DNA of 64,000 bases from the human T2T-CHM13v2.0 reference genome, Homo sapiens, in assembly GCF_009914755.1 (NCBI RefSeq), contig NC_060938.1. One strand, given 5' to 3'. Numbering within the stretch: position 1 is the stretch's first letter; each line of letters begins with the position of its first letter. A model generated the notes under the pieces. That model saw nothing but the letters and a program-made list of their open reading frames with translations, was not told where the DNA came from and did no database searches. Shown here piece by piece: positions 56,909-64,000 of this stretch. The position numbers and the translations under genes were made by a program.

Positions 56909-58129
56909 GTGAAATAGAACTGGCTGAATATAGAGAGACGGGTGCATTACAAGACAGCCTTCTCCACTGTGTGAGAGAAGAAAGCATTCCGAAAAAAAAG
57001 CTACGCTCTTTCAAACAAAAATCTCTTGATATAGGGAATGCAGACTCGCTTTTGTTTACATTAGACGAACATCGTAGGAAGTCGTGCATAGATCGGTGTG
57101 ACATAGAGAAGCCTCCGACCCAAGCTGCGTATATCGCACAAAGACCAAACGACCCTGGACGTTCTAGACAGAACTCTGCTACGAGGCCTGACAATAGTGA
57201 AATCCCCGAGAACCCAGCTATGGAAGGGTTTCCAGATGCTCGAAGGCCTGTCATACCAGAGGTTAGGTTAAACTGTATGGAGACTTTCGAGGTGAAAGTT
57301 GACTCGCCGGTAAAGCCTGCTCCTAAAGAGGATTTAGATCTGATAGATCTATCCTCAGATTCAACCTCGGGGCCTGAAAAACACTCTATACTCTCAACCT
57401 CCGACAGCGACTCTCTTGTATTTGAGCCTCTTCCCCCTCTCAGAATAGTCGAGAGTGACGAAGAAGAGGAGACGATGAACCAAGGCGATGACGGCCCCTC
57501 CGGTAAAAATGCTGCCTCTTCTCCCTCCGTCCCCAGCCATCCCTCCGTCCTCAGCCTGAGCACAGCTCCGCTTGTACAAGTAAGTGTGGAGGATTGTTCC
57601 AAAGACTTTTCTTCTAAGGACTCAGGAAATAATCAGTCAGCAGGGAACACTGACTCTGCCCTCATCACTCTGGAAGACCCTATGGACGCCGAAGGATCCT
57701 CAAAGCCAGAGGAGCTGCCAGAGTTCTCCTGCGGTAGCCCACTGACGCTGAAGCAAAAACGAGACCTCCTTCAGAAGTCGTTTGCTCTCCCCGAGATGTC
57801 GCTGGATGATCACCCTGACCCGGGCACTGAGGGGGAGAAGCCTGGGGAGCTGATGCCAAGTTCAGGGGCAAAAACCGTCCTCCTCAAAGTTCCCGAAGAT
57901 GCAGAGAACCCCACAGAAAGTGAGAAGCCTGATACCAGTGCAGAATCTGATACAGAACAGAATCCTGAAAGGAAGGTGGAAGAGGATGGAGCTGAGGAAT
58001 CCGAATTTAAGATTCAGATTGTTCCCAGGCAGAGGAAGCAGAGGAAGATTGCTGTCAGTGCTATCCAGAGAGAGTACCTCGACATCTCCTTCAACATTCT
58101 GGACAAACTGGGAGAACAGAAAGATCCAG
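56909..58129 (+). CDS. UNC79: UNC79 large 1221-nt exon, acidic Ser/Pro-rich disordered region (EIELAEYRETGALQDSLLHCVREESIPKKK...DKLGEQKDP)
   Basis: ttttgatcag acceptor, CAG|gtaagc donor, phase 1 to 1; corresponds to the 405-aa ORF in the track. Confidence 0.93.
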
Positions 58130-58901
58130 GTAAGCTCGCCTCTCTTCTTTCTCTCAGCCTTAACTTTAAGTTTGTGCATCTTGTTTGATAGGGTACCGGC
58201 ACTGAATATGCATCAGACTCAAACTCTTATAATGTCAGGGTGTGACATTATAATGGCTTCTCAATCACTCTGAATCCTTCCTGTTTAATGGACAATGTTG
58301 GATGCAGATGTGGTTCTACTGGCTCCATAAATGTTTCTGTTTTTGTTGTTTTAAACTCTGCAGTCAATTCTTGACCACCCTTGGCAATGAGATGCATTGG
58401 TTAATTCGTATCAGGATAATCCAGGTATCATCTCAGCCTTCCTCAAACAGCAAAAGTCATTAACTTGAACTCTTTGCTTTCTTTTTTTCTCTGCCCTGTA
58501 CTAGTGAGCTATGATATAGTCCAAAGAAGGAACCAATGTGGAGGCTAAAATAAAGCAGAGTGCCCTAGAATGATTAAGAATTGACTGTATAATCACTTAC
58601 AGGGCATACAGCTGATTGTAGATACTAACCAAATATCAGAAACCAAAAAATACCAGTTACAGCCTAGACCCTAACCCACGGTCATCACTTGGTGATGAAG
58701 TTATCACAGCCCATGGGTTTCCTGCCTCAGGGCCATTTCTTGTGTTTGCTTGGAGGCATTGTTTCTAAGAAAGATAACTTGAAAGAAATGGCAAGCCCAT
58801 GATCCACCTCATCCTATAACAGTCTTCTGTAATGTTACCGCAACACTGATCAAAACCCATCTTCATTTCTTAGTTCAGATCTTTTAAAAAAAAGTTAATG
58901 G

Positions 58902-59203
<302 letters not shown>

Positions 59204-62189
59204 GTTAATGGGACTTTAGAAGAAATGGAATTGGCTAGGGATGATTATTTTAGTAGATATATAGACTGTGGAATGTTAAAAACTGGTGAAGGTCTTAAAG
59301 ACCTCTAGCCTAGCCCCTCATATTATACAGGAAGATACCGAGGCTTAGAGGAGGGGATGCACCAGGTCACATGGCCAGACAGAAGCAGTGCCTGATTCCA
59401 GTCACGTTTTCCCGCTGTTCCACACAAAAGCCACTTCTAAGGGAATGCACTCGGCTTTTTTATTTGCCCCAGGCATTTCCAGAGGTTTCTAGCTGCCCTT
59501 TAGCTCCTAGGACAGAGCTGTCTACCTCAAAAACGCGCTGTAAAAATCTGTTGAATGAACATTGGCGTGTTTGGAAAGGGTCATGCTCCAGCCAGGCAGG
59601 GAAAAAACGGTCCTTGTTCATAACAAGAAAGTTTAAGAAGTTAAGAAGGCTTTCAGGGAAACTGGGACACCTTTTTATTGTTTGGGGCCAGGAACATGGT
59701 TGCATATGGAAGGAGGAGGGCATTGACCTAGAAATGATAGAGGTCTATAGGGCTGGTGCATACGAAGCTGAGGTCTACAGGGTGAGTCTCTGTGATGTGT
59801 AGGTTGCATGTAGGTTCTAGCATGCAGGTTTGTGTGTGCAACTGTGTTGGCTTCTTTATTCACCCTTATGTTTGATTGTTCCCCAGACTACCAGGGAGGA
59901 AATTATTTGTTAACAGAACAGGGGAAAAATACATGATAGTTATAACATGTCTTTAAAATGGCATAATATTATTTTACTGTCATCATAATTGTATGTCTCC
60001 ATAAGGCTTTGCCTCCCACTGACTCTGATCTGATCTCTTCTGCCCCTCCTTGCTGGGCATGGGAAGGAGTCCCGTGTGCTCAGAGCATGACCCAGGCGTC
60101 CCCAGACTTTCCTGTGTCCATCATCAGGAGTGAGGGAGGCCCATACACTTGCCCCTCCAAACCCTCCCAGACGCACAGCCTTGCCCCTGCTAACTGCCAG
60201 GAGTCCAGGACTAACCTCACTGTGCACTTCACTCTGTTTACGTCAGTCCCTAGAGTACTGGGTCGTCCTCCGTATCCCTCACTCAGAGCTCCACAAGGCC
60301 TTGCATACCTTCTGTTCTGAAGCTTTCTCCTTCGTTACCCTGACTCCTGAAACCCTTCCCCTGTGTCCTAGGAAATTCATGGTCCTTCATGAGCAAAATC
60401 CCTCACACACATTCTCCTCTATTTCCCTTGCCTTCTGAGTCTAATGGAAGCCCAGCTCTCCCTGAGGACATTGCTTTCCCTACAGCCCATGTCACTGGAC
60501 TTGGCCAGGGGCAGCATCTTCCTTGCTCCACACTTCCCCTTTCAGACCCTTCCCTTCTTGTCTCTAGAAACCCCCTCTCTGAGCTGCATACCCTCAGATC
60601 ACGGCACCCACTACTTGCATTGCTGCATCATCACGAACCCTGGCTCTTCCTCACTTGTTGACAAATTTGATTCGTGGCCCTTCTTATTCTTTCCTAAATT
60701 ATTCCTGTCTTAATTCCTGTGGATTTTAATATTAGTGTAGATGACACTCCTGACACTTGGTTTCCTTGAATGCATCTTCTCCAGCGATTGTTTTTTTATC
60801 CTCCACCTTAGCTCAGCTGCTCACACCCATGGTCACATTGCAGACCTTATTATTTGCCAATAACTGCAACCTCTTCATGATCTCAGTTTCATCTCTCATC
60901 CTCTGATTACCATTTCTTCTCTCCCTGGACAATTGTGTATTGATCCAAGTATTTTTTGCTGTCCCTCCCCTACTTCGTGTCTTTTCTCCTTACTCAACTT
61001 AAACTCAAGGCTATCAATGTAATCCCTCCCTGCCTGCACCCTCTTGGGCCTTTCCCTTTTTAGATTTGCTTGGCTAAACACAACCTGTGTTAAATCCAAC
61101 TCTCCCTCTACCAGTACCTGCACCTATCAGATGAATGTGACTGGGTGAAAACACATAATGCATTTTTCAAGAAATTAAAAGAAAATTAAGAAATGTGCTT
61201 GAATTCCTTAACATGACCAGTGAAAACATAGATCCAGGATTGGTCAGCAACAGCACATGGGCCAAATCTGTCCCACTGCCTCATTTTGCAAATGAAATTG
61301 TATGAAGTGCAACTACATGCACAAAATAAAATTTAAAAAAAGAAAAACAAAAACACATAATGTTGGCTGGTATCATTTTAAATTAATGGCCATGAACCTC
61401 AACTGGGTCCTTCAACCTGACAATCATAACATATTTTCCTGGTCCATTCACATTTCCAGTCTCCTAAATGACTATTTCATAGCTACTTTTCTCCCCAAAC
61501 TTTCAATAAGTCTTGCAATTGACATAATTAGAAGGACTTTCCACAGCCTCCTATCACCTTATCTGCCCACCTTCCAGCTTCTGCACCTACACACCTGGAC
61601 TTCCTGGCTGGGGCTGTATGTAGGTTAACTGTCTGTAGTCCTGTCTACACCCAGCCTTTCCACATGTGGACACGATTCTATCTCTCTCGCTTACTCAAGA
61701 ATATAGGCCCCTAAAATTCTCCCTTCTGTATCCTCTCTTAGTATTTTTTTTTCCTAAAGGACCCTTGATTTGAGCCTGCAAACATAATCTTATTTCTCTT
61801 TCTTAAACAAACAAAAGCACTTGATCCATGTTCTCCCAACTATTAGCCCATTTTACTCCTTTCCTTGTAGCAAAACATTTTGGAAGAGATAGAATAGAGT
61901 TGTCTCTCCCAAATTCTATTAAAGTTGTCTCTTCCAAACTCTATACTAAAACATACTAATGAATTAAAATTAAAAGAAAACAAAAACACATAATGTTGAT
62001 TGGTATCATTTTAAATTTTGGTATCATTTAATTTTTGGTATCATTTTTAATGTTTTAGTATAGAGTTTGGAAGAGACAAACATTAGTATAGAGTTTGGAA
62101 GAGACAAACGTTAGTATAGAGTTTGGAAGAGACAACTCTATACTATCTCCAATTTTCTTCCAGTCTGTTATTTCTAAAAGCTGTTCATA

Positions 62190-62356
62190 AGCTGGGCATG
62201 GTGGCACACACCTGTAGTCCCAGCTGCTTGGAGTGCTGAAGCAGGAGGATCTCTTGAGACTGGAAGTTGGAGGCTGTAGTGTGCTATGATTGCACTTGTG
62301 AATAGCCACAGCACTCCAGCCTGGACAACATGGTGATACCCTGTCTCTTAAAAAAA
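62190..62356 (+). mobile_element. Alu right-arm monomer (FRAM/AluJ fragment)
   Basis: gctgggcatggtggcacacacctgtagtcccagc ... ctgtctcttaaaaaaa. Confidence 0.8.
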
Positions 62357-62654
62357 TCATTCCTATGAAGCTTTCATTCCTACTATTTCACCCAAAGAGC
62401 AGTTGTCAAGGTCACCAGTGTCCTTCACTGCTAAATCTGTCAGCAGTCAGTCATGAGGTCTGATGCTGACATATCTGCAGTCTTTGACACTGTTGGTCAC
62501 CCCATCATTCTCTTTGGTTCCTCTCTATTTCCTTAATGACAGAGTGACTTGTGGTCTCTGTCCTTGATCCTAGTCTCTTCTCTATGAACTCTCCCTCTCT
62601 CAATGGTCTCATCTGGTTTTAGCCTTTAGATATTGTCTGTATGCTAAGACAACC

Positions 62655-63055
62655 ATCAGTGACCTATTGCGGAAATAATGCTGTGTAACAAACACCTCAG
62701 CAGCTTACAACAAGTATTTATTTAGTTCGAGAGTCTACAACTCACCTGGGGATTGGCCAAGGCTGGGTGGCTAGGCTCTGCTTCTCATGCCTGCTGACCT
62801 CGACCTGGACCTTGAAGCCTGGAAATATTCTGCCATGGTGATGGCAGAGTCACAAAAGAACAAGCCGTGTTGCACAGGCACTTTCCAAGCCTCTGGCCAT
62901 GTTATTCTTGCAAACATTCTGTCAGCCAAAGCAAATCACATGGCTGAACCAAAGTCAAGAGGGGAAATATACTCTCCCTCTTTAGTGGTAGAACTTTAAA
63001 GTCACATGGTGAAAGGCATGGATTCAGGGAGATATGAAGAATTGGGGCCACATCT
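62655..63055 (-). mobile_element. MLT1-type MaLR LTR inside the L2
   Basis: aataatgctgtgtaacaaac ... ccaaagcaaatcacatggctgaaccaaagtcaag ... aaagtcacatgg. Confidence 0.6.
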
Positions 63056-64000
63056 CTCAAATATTGCATGGGACTATTTTTACTCATATGAAAATATTAT
63101 CTGTTGTTTATCTGAAATTAACATTTAACTAAGCATCTTCTATTTAATCTGGCAAACTTAATCTACCTTCAAAACACATCCAGAATGTGGCACCTTCTTC
63201 TTACCTCCACTGTTTCCACTCTGGCCTGAGCCACTGACATCTCTGACCTAGATGAACTGCTAGAGCCTCCTGACTTTAGAAAAAATGGAATTGGCTAGGG
63301 ATGATTATTTTAGTAGTATTTTATTTAGTAGTAGTATTTTACACTCCTATTACCTTCATGTCCTCTCAACACAACAGCCGGAGTGATCTTTTAAAATAGG
63401 AGATTACACCATTCCCCTGCTTAAAGACTTCCAGTGACTCGCTATTTCTTTCATAGCAAAACACAAGTTCTTTAAATTCCTGCAAAGCCCTATGTGGTCC
63501 TAGTCCTCATTGGCTCTCAACTGCATTCACACTATTCTCACCACAATGCTACCTAGCCACAGTGACCCCTTGTCAGGTCTTGAACACCCGCCTTTGTATT
63601 CTTTACCTTTGGGCCTTTCCACTGATTGCTCCCTCAACCTGGAACTGCCAAATATCTGTCTGGCTCATTCTCTCCCTTTTAATTCTTTGATCCAACACCA
63701 GGTTCTCTGCGATGCCCTACTCTCCAGCCCCTACCTGGTATCTTGATGTCTGTCTTTCTCTTCTCTGTTTCTCTCCTACAGAGAATTGATCTTCCAACAT
63801 ACAATAATTTATTCACTTTTATGCGTATTAATTATTGTCTGTCTCTCCCCTCCCAAATGAAAGCTCCTGAAGGCAAAGATTTTGTCTGATTTGTTCACTG
63901 ACTCTATCACAAGTGACTAATAGAGAGCTGGCAAATGTCTGATGAAGGAATGAAAGGATAGCCTGACATTTTCTTCCCATCACTATAAAAATTGAATACA

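Larger units (their letters stand above)
60390..63960 (+). mobile_element. Fragmented L2 (ORF2 remnant to 3' end) with nested insertions
   Basis: L2 hallmarks: acccatggtcaca..gacctt, tgtcaaggtcaccagtg, ccttcaaaacacatccagaat, gagtgatcttttaaaa, aagctcctgaaggcaaagattttgtc, terminal gaatga-like repeats. Confidence 0.7.

Noticed and set aside
56886-57602. 238-aa minus-strand ORF and other antisense ORFs over the large exon
   Set aside because: Antisense shadow of a long coding exon; no promoter, splice or homology evidence of its own
62055-62135. 28-bp direct repeats superficially like a CRISPR array
   Set aside because: Head-to-tail with no spacers, eukaryotic intron, no cas genes

Overview
Primate (very likely human) genomic DNA from the interior of UNC79 (KIAA1409), the large helical-repeat auxiliary subunit of the NALCN sodium-leak channel complex, transcribed on the + strand. 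I reconstructed 18 internal coding exons (7202-58129; 4069 nt, about 1356 codons) by GT-AG boundaries and continuous reading-frame phase. Two are short symmetric cassette exons (66 nt and 150 nt) and one is a 1221-nt exon encoding a disordered region. Neither the start nor the stop codon is in the window. The introns hold about 30 Alus, a nested ERV1/LTR cluster at the left edge (LTR7, MER57, MER4A1), L1, L2, MaLR, a Tigger2 element and microsatellites. Most other ORFs in the track are Alu/L1 or antisense shadows. I see no evidence of a new multi-gene system. The most interesting signals are: (i) unusual splice architecture (an exon that rebuilds a strong 5' splice site at its first base and carries an S-P-x-R/K tandem repeat; a bulged-register GTTGAGT donor; tandem donors/acceptors; candidate cryptic poison and terminal exons); (ii) mutational scars (an Alu-L1 junction under one target-site duplication, an orphan retro-insert, and templated insertions in an L2 at 59-63 kb). 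Gene and repeat names come from my recall of the sequences, not from database searches; repeat boundaries are approximate.
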